DNA of 33,771 nucleotides from Elusimicrobiota bacterium (lineage in GTDB: Bacteria; Elusimicrobiota; Elusimicrobia; Elusimicrobiales; UBA9959). The stretch is from NCBI GenBank assembly GCA_037137395.1, contig JBAXKK010000021.1, positions 1 through 33,771 of the forward strand, read 5' to 3'. Shown one piece after another: positions 17,274-25,686 of the stretch. Under the pieces are notes generated by a model, which had not been told where the DNA came from, searched no databases, and saw only the letters and a list, made by a program, of their open reading frames with translations. Numbering within the stretch: the first letter of the stretch is position 1; each line of letters begins with the position of its first letter. A program made the translations under genes and the position numbers.

Positions 17274-17749
17274 AGACAGCCTTCGGCCATTCTTTTTTCA
17301 CCTCACGCGTGGACGACGCAGTCAACTGGGCGCGCAAATACTCTTTTTTCCAGTATCCCTTCGTGACAGCCTGCTGCGGCATGGAATTTATGTCGGTGTG
17401 GGCGTCCTCCTACGATATAGCGCGCTTCGGCGCCGAATTCCCCAGATTTTCGCCCAGGCAGGCGGATGTCCTTTTTGTGGTAGGCACGGTGAATGAGAAG
17501 CTGGCCCCCGTTCTGAAGCGGGTATATGATCAGATGTGCGAGCCGAAGTGGGTGGTTTCTTTCGGCGTTTGCGCGACCTCAGGCGGCTTTTACGACAATT
17601 ACGCCACGGTGCAGGGGATAGACAAGATAATTCCCGTGGATATTTATATCCCCGGCTGCCCGCCGCGCCCGGAAGCCGTGCTGGACGCGCTGATGAAGCT
17701 GCAGCAAAAAGTTTCTACGGAATCCGTAATGGATAAGAAATACAAATGA
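17264..17749 (+). CDS. nuoB: NADH-quinone oxidoreductase subunit B
   Basis: TACCGME, SPRQAD, GVCATSGG, PGCPPRPE; true start ATG 17264 overlaps nuoA. Confidence 0.95.
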   Translation: MGLETAFGHSFFTSRVDDAVNWARKYSFFQYPFVTACCGMEFMSVWASSYDIARFGAEFPRFSPRQADVLFVVGTVNEKLAPVLKRVYDQMCEPKWVVSFGVCATSGGFYDNYATVQGIDKIIPVDIYIPGCPPRPEAVLDALMKLQQKVSTESVMDKKYK

Positions 17750-18219
17750 ACCAGGACCTGATCAGAACTATTCAGGAAAAATTTCCGGAGCGGGTCACGG
17801 GATCCCACGCCTTCAGAGGCGATTCCACCGTAACCGTGCGGCGGGAGTCCCTGCTGGAGGTCGCCGGCTATCTGCGCGACGAGCTGGGCTTTGAGTTCCT
17901 GATGGATCTTACGGCCGTGGACTACCCCGAGCGGGAAGACCGCTTTGAGATGGTTTATCACTTTTATTCTTTCAAGACCAACCTGCGCCTGCGCCTGAAA
18001 GCGCCGGTTAGCGGGAAGGAACCCGTCATATCCTCGCTGACTCCGCTTTGGGGCGCGGCCAACTGGTTTGAGCGGGAAGTATACGATATGTTCGGCATAA
18101 AATTTGAGGGGCACCCGGATCTGAGAAGAATCTTGATGTACGACACTTTTGAAGGCCACCCGCTGCGCAAGGATTATCCGCTGAAAAAAAGGCAGCCGAG
18201 GATAGTGCATAGGGAGTAG
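17746..18219 (+). CDS. nuoC: NADH-quinone oxidoreductase subunit C
   Basis: ANWFEREVYDMFGI, GHPDLRRIL, GHPLRKDYPL. Confidence 0.95.
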   Translation: MNQDLIRTIQEKFPERVTGSHAFRGDSTVTVRRESLLEVAGYLRDELGFEFLMDLTAVDYPEREDRFEMVYHFYSFKTNLRLRLKAPVSGKEPVISSLTPLWGAANWFEREVYDMFGIKFEGHPDLRRILMYDTFEGHPLRKDYPLKKRQPRIVHRE

Positions 18220-18263
18220 GGGAAGTGGTTAGTGATTAGTGGTTAGCGGGGAGCGGGAACGGC
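18204..18263 (+). repeat. Degenerate 7-nt tandem array (AGTGGTT type) at the nuoC-nuoD junction
   Basis: AGTGCAT AGGGAGT AGGGGA AGTGGTT AGTGATT AGTGGTT AGCGGGG AGCGGGA. Confidence 0.75.
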
Positions 18264-18274
18264 AGATAAATTTA

Positions 18275-19495
18275 ATGGAAACGAAGACTATTAACTCTAT
18301 ACCTAAGACTTGGGAGATGGAAGACCTGGGCAACGGGCGCATGGTCCTGAATATGGGGCCTTCGCACCCGGCCATGCACGGCATCGTGCGGATACTCCTG
18401 ACCGTAGAGGGGGAGAGGGTGCTGGATTCCGACGTTGAGATAGGTTACCTGCACCGCGGCTTTGAGAAAACCTGCGAGAATGTGACTTACAACCAGGTAA
18501 TCCCCTACACCGACCGCCTGAACTATGTCTCGCCTTTCATAAATAATGTGGGCTTCGCCCTGGCGATAGAGAAGCTCATGGACATAGAGACCCCCGAGCG
18601 CTGCAAATACCTGCGCGTCATCATGTCCGAACTGGGCCGTCTTGAGGATCACCTCACCTGCATCGGCGCAAACGCCATGGAGCAGGGCGCTTTCACCGTC
18701 TATTTCTATCTTATAAACGCCAGGGAATTCCTTTACCAGCTGACGGATTCGGTGGCCGGAGGGCGCGTGACGCCGGCTTACGCGCGCGTCGGAGGAGTGA
18801 CAGGCGATCTCCCGCCGGATTTCAAGGCAAAGACAGCTGAGGTCTTCAGGAAAGTGCGCAAGAACCTGAGCGACGCCGACAAGCTTCTCACCCGCAACCG
18901 CATATTTTTTGACCGCATGCGCGGCACCGGCGCTATCTCAAAGCGCGACGCCATTTCGATGTCTTTTACCGGACCGGTACTGCGCGCCTGCGGCGTGCCC
19001 TACGACGTGCGCAAGGCCAGTCCCTACCTGGTTTACGACCGCTTTGATTTTGATATCCCGGTCGGAGATAACGGCGATAACTACGACCGCTACCTGGTAC
19101 GCATGGAGGAGATGAAGCAGAGCATGCGCATCGTGGAGCAGGCCCTTGAGCAGATTCCCGAGGGGCCCATCCGTCATGCCGATTTCAATATTATCCTTCC
19201 GGCGAAAGAGGAAGTTTACGGCAACATAGAAGCTCTGATGGCCCATTTCAAGCTGACCTACGAGGGCGTAAAGCCTCCGGCCGGCGAAATCTATCAGGCG
19301 GTGGAGGGCGGCAACGGCGAGCTGGGCTATTACGTCGTCAGCGACGGTTCCGGCAAGCCCTACCGCGTGCGCGTGCGCCCGCCGTGCTTCACGCTGATGG
19401 CCGGGCTTTCAAAGCTGATAAACGGCGGCTACATCGCCGATATAATCTCCACCTTCGGCCAGATCAATATGATCGGCGGGGAGCTGGAAAGATAA
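18275..19495 (+). CDS. nuoD: NADH-quinone oxidoreductase subunit D
   Basis: NMGPSHPAMHG, GYLHRGFEK, DRLNY, GELER; start at ATG 18275, after the repeat array. Confidence 0.95.
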   Translation: METKTINSIPKTWEMEDLGNGRMVLNMGPSHPAMHGIVRILLTVEGERVLDSDVEIGYLHRGFEKTCENVTYNQVIPYTDRLNYVSPFINNVGFALAIEKLMDIETPERCKYLRVIMSELGRLEDHLTCIGANAMEQGAFTVYFYLINAREFLYQLTDSVAGGRVTPAYARVGGVTGDLPPDFKAKTAEVFRKVRKNLSDADKLLTRNRIFFDRMRGTGAISKRDAISMSFTGPVLRACGVPYDVRKASPYLVYDRFDFDIPVGDNGDNYDRYLVRMEEMKQSMRIVEQALEQIPEGPIRHADFNIILPAKEEVYGNIEALMAHFKLTYEGVKPPAGEIYQAVEGGNGELGYYVVSDGSGKPYRVRVRPPCFTLMAGLSKLINGGYIADIISTFGQINMIGGELER

Positions 19496-19499
19496 AAGC

Positions 19500-19578
19500 A
19501 GGGTACAGGGGACAGGGCATAGGGTTCAGGGTGAGGAATTCCTTATTACTATACCCTCTACCCTATCCCCTCGACCCT
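19500..19578 (+). repeat. Hairpin-forming 7-nt arrays (AGGGNNN x5 / NNNCCCT x4) between nuoD and nuoE
   Basis: AGGGTAC AGGGGAC AGGGCAT AGGGTTC AGGGTGA ... ATACCCT CTACCCT ATCCCCT CGACCCT. Confidence 0.8.
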
Positions 19579-19585
19579 AAGTATT

Positions 19586-20068
19586 ATGAGTTATAAAATT
19601 TCGGAAAAGACCAGGACGAAGATAGACGAGCTGAGGAAAATCTATCCCCAAAAAGAGGCTGTCCTTATACCCGCCCTGCACGAGGTGCAGAAGGAAGCCG
19701 GGTGGATTTCCGAAGATGCTATCGACGTCCTCAGCGCCTGCCTTGGCCTGCCTTACGCCCGCGTTAAAGGTGTAGTCACTTTTTACACAATGTTTAACCG
19801 CGCGCCGGTGGGGAAATATCACTTGCAGGTCTGCCGGAATATTTCCTGTCATTCCATGGGCGCGCCAAATATTTTATCGCACCTTAAAGCGAAATTACGG
19901 ATAGGAGAGGGCGAAACCAGCGAGGATGGTCTGTTCACGCTGTCAACGGTGGAATGCCTGGGATCCTGCGGCACCGCTCCGGTAATAGCGGTGAACGAAA
20001 AATACCACGAAAACATGAGTGTGGAGAAAACGGATATATTACTGCGCGAGCTTGGATTACAGCAGTGA
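19586..20068 (+). CDS. nuoE: NADH-quinone oxidoreductase subunit E
   Basis: VVTFYTMF, VCRNISC, ECLGSC [2Fe-2S] ligands. Confidence 0.95.
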   Translation: MSYKISEKTRTKIDELRKIYPQKEAVLIPALHEVQKEAGWISEDAIDVLSACLGLPYARVKGVVTFYTMFNRAPVGKYHLQVCRNISCHSMGAPNILSHLKAKLRIGEGETSEDGLFTLSTVECLGSCGTAPVIAVNEKYHENMSVEKTDILLRELGLQQ

Positions 20069-20098
20069 TTAGTGGATAGTGGTTAGTGGCGAGTGAGT
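20064..20098 (+). repeat. 7-nt tandem array (AGTGGTT type) at the nuoE-nuoF junction
   Basis: AGTGATT AGTGGAT AGTGGTT AGTGGCG AGTGAGT. Confidence 0.75.
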
Positions 20099-20100
20099 GA

Positions 20101-21381
20101 ATGATGGAAAAGATACTTTTAAAAACTGAGACTACGGACATCGAGGCCTATATAAAGGCGGGCGGATACCAGGCGCTCAGGAAAGCCTTGGCCATGAAAT
20201 CCGAAGATGTTACCGCCGAGGTTAAGAAATCCAATCTGCGCGGCCGCGGCGGCGCCGGCTTTCCTACCGGGCTGAAGTGGTCTTTTATTCCAAAGGCGAA
20301 CACTAAGCCCCGGTATCTGGTCTGCAACGCCGATGAAAGCGAACCCGGCACTTTTAAGGACCGTGAGCTGATACTTAAAAATCCGCACCTCCTTATAGAA
20401 GGGCTCATAATAGCCTCCTACGCGATAGGGGCTAAGCAGTGCTATATCTATATCAGAGGGGAATTCGCGAAGGAAGCCGGCCTGCTGTCGGACTGCGTGA
20501 ATGAGGCGGCCAAGCGGGGTTACCTAGGCAATAATATTTTAAGCTCAGGCTTTGACCTTGACATCGTAGTGCACAGGGGGGCCGGCGCCTATATCTGCGG
20601 CGAAGAAACCGCGCTGCTGGAGTCCATAGAGGGCAAGCGGGGACTGCCCCGTCTTAAACCTCCGTTCCCGGCGGTGGTCGGGCTGTTCGGCTGCCCCACT
20701 GTTATAAACAACGTAGAGACTCTGGCCTCAGTGCCATCCATTATTGAGAAGGGCGGAGAGTGGTATTCAAAGCTGGGCGCGGGCAAGAGCGCCGGCACAA
20801 AACTTTTTTCAGTCAGCGGACCGGTCAAAAAACCCGGCGTTTACGAGATAGAGCTGGGCATGCCCTTTAAAAAGTTTTTAGAGGATTACGCCGGCGGCAT
20901 GCTGGAAGGCTCCAAATTAAAAGCGGTAATACCCGGCGGCTCCTCCGTGCCGGTGTTGACCGCGGCCGAAGCCCTTAAGATGAATCTGGACTATGAATCG
21001 GTGCAGCAGGCCGGATCCATGCTTGGCTCAGGCGGGATCATCATCCTGGACGACAAAGCCTGCATGGTGGAAACCCTGCTGGTGCTGGCCAAATTCTACC
21101 ACCACGAATCCTGCGGCCAGTGCACCCCATGCCGCGAGGGCGGGGGCTGGATAGAAAAATTGTTAAAGAAGCTGGAGGCCGGCAAAGGAAAAGAAAGCGA
21201 TATGGCCCTTATCTATTCCATAGCGGAGAATATGCTGGCGCGGACTCTCTGCCCGCTGGGCGACGCCCTGGCCATGCCGGTGATGAGTTTTATAACTAAG
21301 TTCCGGCCGGAATTTGAAGCGCACGCAGCCGGGAACGGCTGCGGAAAGCGGGAAGCGGGAAGCGGCAAGAGTAACCAATGA
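20101..21381 (+). CDS. nuoF: NADH-quinone oxidoreductase subunit F
   Basis: LRGRGGAGFPTG, NADESEPGT, GAYICGEETAL, ESCGQCTPCREG. Confidence 0.96.
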   Translation: MMEKILLKTETTDIEAYIKAGGYQALRKALAMKSEDVTAEVKKSNLRGRGGAGFPTGLKWSFIPKANTKPRYLVCNADESEPGTFKDRELILKNPHLLIEGLIIASYAIGAKQCYIYIRGEFAKEAGLLSDCVNEAAKRGYLGNNILSSGFDLDIVVHRGAGAYICGEETALLESIEGKRGLPRLKPPFPAVVGLFGCPTVINNVETLASVPSIIEKGGEWYSKLGAGKSAGTKLFSVSGPVKKPGVYEIELGMPFKKFLEDYAGGMLEGSKLKAVIPGGSSVPVLTAAEALKMNLDYESVQQAGSMLGSGGIIILDDKACMVETLLVLAKFYHHESCGQCTPCREGGGWIEKLLKKLEAGKGKESDMALIYSIAENMLARTLCPLGDALAMPVMSFITKFRPEFEAHAAGNGCGKREAGSGKSNQ

Positions 21382-21545
21382 GATATTTGAACCACCTGTA
21401 AAACGCTTCCCGTTTTACGCTTTACAGCAGGCCATACGCCATACGCCATAGGCTATAAGCTATAGGCTATAAGCTATAGGCTGAATAGAGATTGCTTACT
21501 GTCTACGCTTCACGTTTTACGCTTTACGCTTTACGATTAACGCTT
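21341..21545 (+). repeat. Composite 7-nt repeat element at the nuoF-nuoG junction
   Basis: GCGGRAA units inside the nuoF 3' end, complementary TTYMCGY units, seven GCYATAN units (21431-21479), a unique core GCTGAATAGAGATTGCTTACTGTCTAC, then TTTACGC units. Confidence 0.85.
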
Positions 21546-23045
21546 ATGCCCAAGATCACTATTGACGGAAAAACCATAGAGCTGCCTGCTGGCGCCACCA
21601 TACTTCAGGCGGCGCAGGCGCTGGGGATTTATATCCCGCGCTACTGCTACCACCCGGCCCTTTCAGTCTCAGGGACCTGCCGCATGTGCGCGGTGGAAGT
21701 TGAGAAGGCGCCCAAGCTGCAGATAGCCTGCGCCACGGAAATAGCTGACGGGATGATAGCGCGCACCGACACCGCGGCGGTCAAAAAGGCCCGCAAGGAT
21801 GTGTTGGAATTTCTGCTCGCCAATCATCCGGTGGACTGCCCGATCTGCGACCAGGCGGGGGAATGTTCCCTGCAGAATTATTACATGGATTACGGCCTTC
21901 ATAAAAGCCGCGTCGCGCCGGAGGACAAAATCCAGCGGTCCAAGCGCCGCGCCGCCGGGAGATACCTGGTCCTGGACAATGAGCGCTGCATCCTGTGCAC
22001 CCGCTGCGTGCGCTTCTGCGACGAGGTCACAAAGACCAATGAGCTGACGGTCTCGGGGCGCAGCGACGCTTCTTTTATAGATATAAAGGAAGGCAAAAGC
22101 CTTGATAACGATTATTCACTTAATATCGCCGAGCTCTGCCCCGTGGGGGCTTTTACCTCCAGAGATTTCAGATTTAAACAGCGGGTATGGTTCCTTAAAA
22201 AAATCAAAAGCGTCTGCACCGGCTGCGCGGCCGGCTGCAATATAGAAGTCCACTACAACGAAAACACCGTTTACCGCGTTATGCCGTCGCCGAATCCGGA
22301 GACAAACACCTGGCTATGCGACCGCGGCCGCATGACCTATAAAGATCTGCAGGCCGGAGACCGGCTGCACAAAGCTTTTGTCAAAAAGGGAAGCATGGAG
22401 ATAGAACCGGCCATCAGGCACGCCGCGCATCTGCTGGACGAGGCCGCGCGCAAGACGGGCCCGGAGTCAGTAGCCGTGCTGGGTTCACCCTACCTGTCGA
22501 TAGAGGATAATCTGGCGCTGGCGGAGCTGGCCGCGACATCGCTTAAAACGCCTAACCTGTGCCTTGATTTCCCCAGAGTGCAGGGCGTTAAAGACGGCAT
22601 ACTGATAAATAAAGATGACGCGTCTGACGCCAACGGCCTCAAACTTTTAAAAGCGCGCTATGCCGGACTTGATCAAGGCGCGCTGGTGGAACTTATTAAT
22701 TCCGGCAGGATAAAGCTGATAGTGGCCGAGGCCAAGGCGCTCAGCTCCATTAAAGACAAGCTCCGCGAGCTCTCAAACATAGAGACAGTAATACTGGCGG
22801 TGACCAAGAGCGATCTTGATTTTGAGTCCGCCTGCGTCCTGCCCTATGCCGCGAATTTTGAGACCGAGGGACATTTCGTGAACTACAAGGGCCTGGTCCA
22901 GAAAACAACGCCGTCGGTGGCGGCGCCGGACGGCGTTAAGCCGCTCTGGACGGTGCTAAGCAAATTGTCGTCCAGCACCGGCGCGCCCATACGGCTTGAG
23001 GATGCCGCGAAGTTAAGAGAGCGGATATCGGAATTTATAAAATAA
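21546..23045 (+). CDS. nuoG: NADH-quinone oxidoreductase subunit G (short form)
   Basis: IPRYCYHP, GTCRMC, HPVDCPICDQAGECSLQ, RCILCTRCVRFC, CTGCAAGC...LCDRGR; start ATG 21546. Confidence 0.92.
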   Translation: MPKITIDGKTIELPAGATILQAAQALGIYIPRYCYHPALSVSGTCRMCAVEVEKAPKLQIACATEIADGMIARTDTAAVKKARKDVLEFLLANHPVDCPICDQAGECSLQNYYMDYGLHKSRVAPEDKIQRSKRRAAGRYLVLDNERCILCTRCVRFCDEVTKTNELTVSGRSDASFIDIKEGKSLDNDYSLNIAELCPVGAFTSRDFRFKQRVWFLKKIKSVCTGCAAGCNIEVHYNENTVYRVMPSPNPETNTWLCDRGRMTYKDLQAGDRLHKAFVKKGSMEIEPAIRHAAHLLDEAARKTGPESVAVLGSPYLSIEDNLALAELAATSLKTPNLCLDFPRVQGVKDGILINKDDASDANGLKLLKARYAGLDQGALVELINSGRIKLIVAEAKALSSIKDKLRELSNIETVILAVTKSDLDFESACVLPYAANFETEGHFVNYKGLVQKTTPSVAAPDGVKPLWTVLSKLSSSTGAPIRLEDAAKLRERISEFIK

Positions 23046-24175
23046 TGGAAAGACTTGACCCCTTTATTGCCTTGCTGGACCTGGATCTGCTTTTGTTTAT
23101 AGCCGTATCCGCGGTCAAGGTCGGCTTTTTTCTTGGCGCCGTGATGGGCTTCACAGCTTTTCTGACCTGGGTCGAAAGGAAGCTGAGCTCGCTGATGCAG
23201 GACCGCGTCGGGCCCAACCGGGCTTCCATCTTCGGTTTCACTCTGCTGGGCCTGTTCCACCCGATAGCCGACGGCATAAAGCTGATGATGAAGGAAGATT
23301 TTGTCCCGGCCAGGGCCAGCAAAGTTTTATTCACGCTGGCGCCGGTTATTACGCTGGTGCCGGTGCTGGCGGCTTTCGCCGTGATACCGTTCGGTAATTA
23401 TGTCGATATACTTGGCTACAGGGTGGATCTGGTAATAGCCCGCCTGCCGCTGGGGCTGCTGTATGTACTGGCAGTTTCCGGTTTCGCAATCTACGGCACT
23501 TTCCTGGCCGGCTGGGCCTCAAAGAGCAATTTCGCGCTGCTGGGAGCGCTGCGCGGCGCGGCTCAGATGATTTCCTACGAAGTGACGCTGGGGCTGACCC
23601 TGGTCGGGCTGATGATGGTTTACGGCACGGCCGACCTCCAGCAGATCGTGCTGGCGCAGGGCAGTCTGCTGTTCGGGTTTATCCCGGCCTGGGGCGTAAT
23701 ATACCAGTTCCCGGCTTTTCTGCTTTTTCTGACGGCGGCCATGGCCGAGAACAAGCGCACTCCTTTTGACGTGGTGGAGGGGGAATCGGAGATCATCGGC
23801 TATTTTATGGAATACAGTTCCATGCGCTTCGCCATTTTCATGTTCGCGGAATTTATAGAGATAATACTCGTGGCCATGCTGGCGGTAACGCTGTTCCTCG
23901 GCGGCTGGCAGATACCATATCTGGGCGAGGCCGGCTTCCTGTTCCCGTGCGGACGCTCCATATCCGTCCATCCGTACGCCGTAGCGCTGGCGCAGATGGC
24001 CGCCTTTGCCGGCAAAACCGCCTTCATGTGCTGGGCGCTGATGACGCTGCGCTGGACCGTGCCGCGCTTCCGCTTTGACCAGGTGATGAAGCTGGCCTGG
24101 CAGGGGATACTGCCGCTCTCGCTTTTAAACATTCTTATCACCGGACTGGTTCTGCTTCTGGCGGGGAAGTTATGA
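23045..24175 (+). CDS. nuoH: NADH-quinone oxidoreductase subunit H
   Basis: ERK...QDRVGPNR, ADGIKL, AQMISYE, RTPFD..EGESE, PRFRFDQ. Confidence 0.96.
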   Translation: MERLDPFIALLDLDLLLFIAVSAVKVGFFLGAVMGFTAFLTWVERKLSSLMQDRVGPNRASIFGFTLLGLFHPIADGIKLMMKEDFVPARASKVLFTLAPVITLVPVLAAFAVIPFGNYVDILGYRVDLVIARLPLGLLYVLAVSGFAIYGTFLAGWASKSNFALLGALRGAAQMISYEVTLGLTLVGLMMVYGTADLQQIVLAQGSLLFGFIPAWGVIYQFPAFLLFLTAAMAENKRTPFDVVEGESEIIGYFMEYSSMRFAIFMFAEFIEIILVAMLAVTLFLGGWQIPYLGEAGFLFPCGRSISVHPYAVALAQMAAFAGKTAFMCWALMTLRWTVPRFRFDQVMKLAWQGILPLSLLNILITGLVLLLAGKL

Positions 24176-24702
24176 TAGAGATAAAAAAAATAAATAACCG
24201 GCCGCTGAACCTCCTTGAGCGGATCTATGTCTGGGAGATCTTTAAGGGCTTCCTGGTAACCGCGCGCCATTTTTTTATGAATTTATTCTGCCCCGGTAAA
24301 ATAATCACGATACAGTATCCGGAGGTCACCCGCCCGCTTGAGCACGCCGCTAAGCGGCGGACCCGCCACCGGCTGAAGATGCGCGCCAACGGCACGCCGA
24401 AATGCGTGGCCTGTTTTCTGTGCGCCACCGCCTGCCCGGCTTTCTGCATACACATAGAGGCGGGCGAGTTTACCGGCAGCCAGGTGGAAAAATATCCGGC
24501 TGTCTTCGACATTGATCTTTCAAGATGCGTCATGTGCGGGATGTGCGTTGAGGCCTGCCCCGAGGACGCAATAGCCATGGACACCGAGGTTATCCCCGGC
24601 GGCGTTTTAAAGCGGGAAGACATGTATCTTACAAGGAGTAAATTGCTTCAGAACCTGCCCGGCGAGCCCTCAGTTAAAGGCGCGGCGAACAGGCTGGCGT
24701 AA
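24172..24702 (+). CDS. nuoI: NADH-quinone oxidoreductase subunit I
   Basis: TIQYPE, CVACFLCATACP, CVMCGMCVEACP. Confidence 0.95.
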   Translation: MIEIKKINNRPLNLLERIYVWEIFKGFLVTARHFFMNLFCPGKIITIQYPEVTRPLEHAAKRRTRHRLKMRANGTPKCVACFLCATACPAFCIHIEAGEFTGSQVEKYPAVFDIDLSRCVMCGMCVEACPEDAIAMDTEVIPGGVLKREDMYLTRSKLLQNLPGEPSVKGAANRLA

Positions 24703-24707
24703 AAGAT

Positions 24708-24748
24708 AGGTTACAGGGGGCAGGGTTTAGGGTTCAGGGATAGGGTAT
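24708..24748 (+). repeat. 7-nt tandem array (AGGGNNN type) between nuoI and nuoJ
   Basis: AGGTTAC AGGGGGC AGGGTTT AGGGTTC AGGGAT AGGGTAT. Confidence 0.75.
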
Positions 24749-24754
24749 GATTTT

Positions 24755-25246
24755 ATGATACACAGAATTTTAATTTATGCGCTGGGGGGCCTTGCCGCCG
24801 CCGGAACTCTGGCGATGCTGTTTCAGACCAACCCTTTGCGCGCCGCGCTCTCAATGCTGGTTACGCTAATCGCCACGGCCGGCATCTATATACTTTTAAG
24901 CGCCGAGCTTGTCGCTTTCCTGCAGGTTATAGTCTACGCCGGTGCGATAATGGTACTTTTTATACTCGCCATAAACACCCTGCCCTTTGACGCCGGGGAC
25001 GAGAGGCCGCAGCGTCCGACTTTGCTCAGGCTGGCCGGCCTGGCCGGGGCGGCCGTGCTGCTGGCCGAACTGCTGCAGATAGCCCTGTTGGTCAAGGCGC
25101 GCCTGGACCTGTCTTTCGCGCAAGAATCTGTTCACTCCCTGGCGGCGCTTCTTTTTAGAACTTACGCCTTCCAATTTGAACTGCTGTCGCTGCTGGTTCT
25201 GTCGGGCATAGTGGGCGCCGTCGTGACCGCCAAGAGGAAATTATAA
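24755..25246 (+). CDS. nuoJ: NADH-quinone oxidoreductase subunit J
   Basis: QVIVYAGAIMVLF, FELLSLL; position in the operon. Confidence 0.93.
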   Translation: MIHRILIYALGGLAAAGTLAMLFQTNPLRAALSMLVTLIATAGIYILLSAELVAFLQVIVYAGAIMVLFILAINTLPFDAGDERPQRPTLLRLAGLAGAAVLLAELLQIALLVKARLDLSFAQESVHSLAALLFRTYAFQFELLSLLVLSGIVGAVVTAKRKL

Positions 25247-25545
25247 TGCCTTTTGAACATCTGCTGGTTTTAAGCTTCGTCCTTTTCACGCTGGCAGCCG
25301 CCGGTTTCCTGACGCACAAGAATATCATAGTGCTGCTTATGTTCGCCGAACTGATGCTCAACGCCGCCAATATCGCTCTGGTGGCTTTTTCAAAATTCAG
25401 CGGGGCGCTTGAGCCACAGGTTTTCGTTCTGATGGTGTTTGCCGTGGCCGCCGCCGAGGCGGGCGTTGGCCTTGCCATAGTAATACTTCTGGCCCGCAGC
25501 CTTAAGACGCTGAATATAGACGAGGTGAAGAATCTGAGAGGGTAG
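25246..25545 (+). CDS. nuoK: NADH-quinone oxidoreductase subunit K
   Basis: ELMLNAAN, VAAAEAGVGLA. Confidence 0.95.
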   Translation: MPFEHLLVLSFVLFTLAAAGFLTHKNIIVLLMFAELMLNAANIALVAFSKFSGALEPQVFVLMVFAVAAAEAGVGLAIVILLARSLKTLNIDEVKNLRG

Positions 25546-25552
25546 GGGCGGG

Positions 25553-25683
25553 GCGTAAATCGTAAATCGGGAAGAGTAAATCGGCAATCGTTAATCGGGA
25601 AGCGGAAAGAGTAAACAGCAAGCAAGCTCTATTCTGCCTAAAGCTTAAAGCCTATGGCTTATGGCGTGCGGTAAAGCGTAGAC
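25553..25683 (-). repeat. Composite 7-nt repeat element, inverted copy, between nuoK and nuoL
   Basis: The reverse complement of 25611-25678 matches 27587-27654 at 59/68 positions ungapped (manual alignment). Confidence 0.88.
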
Positions 25684-25686
25684 TGT

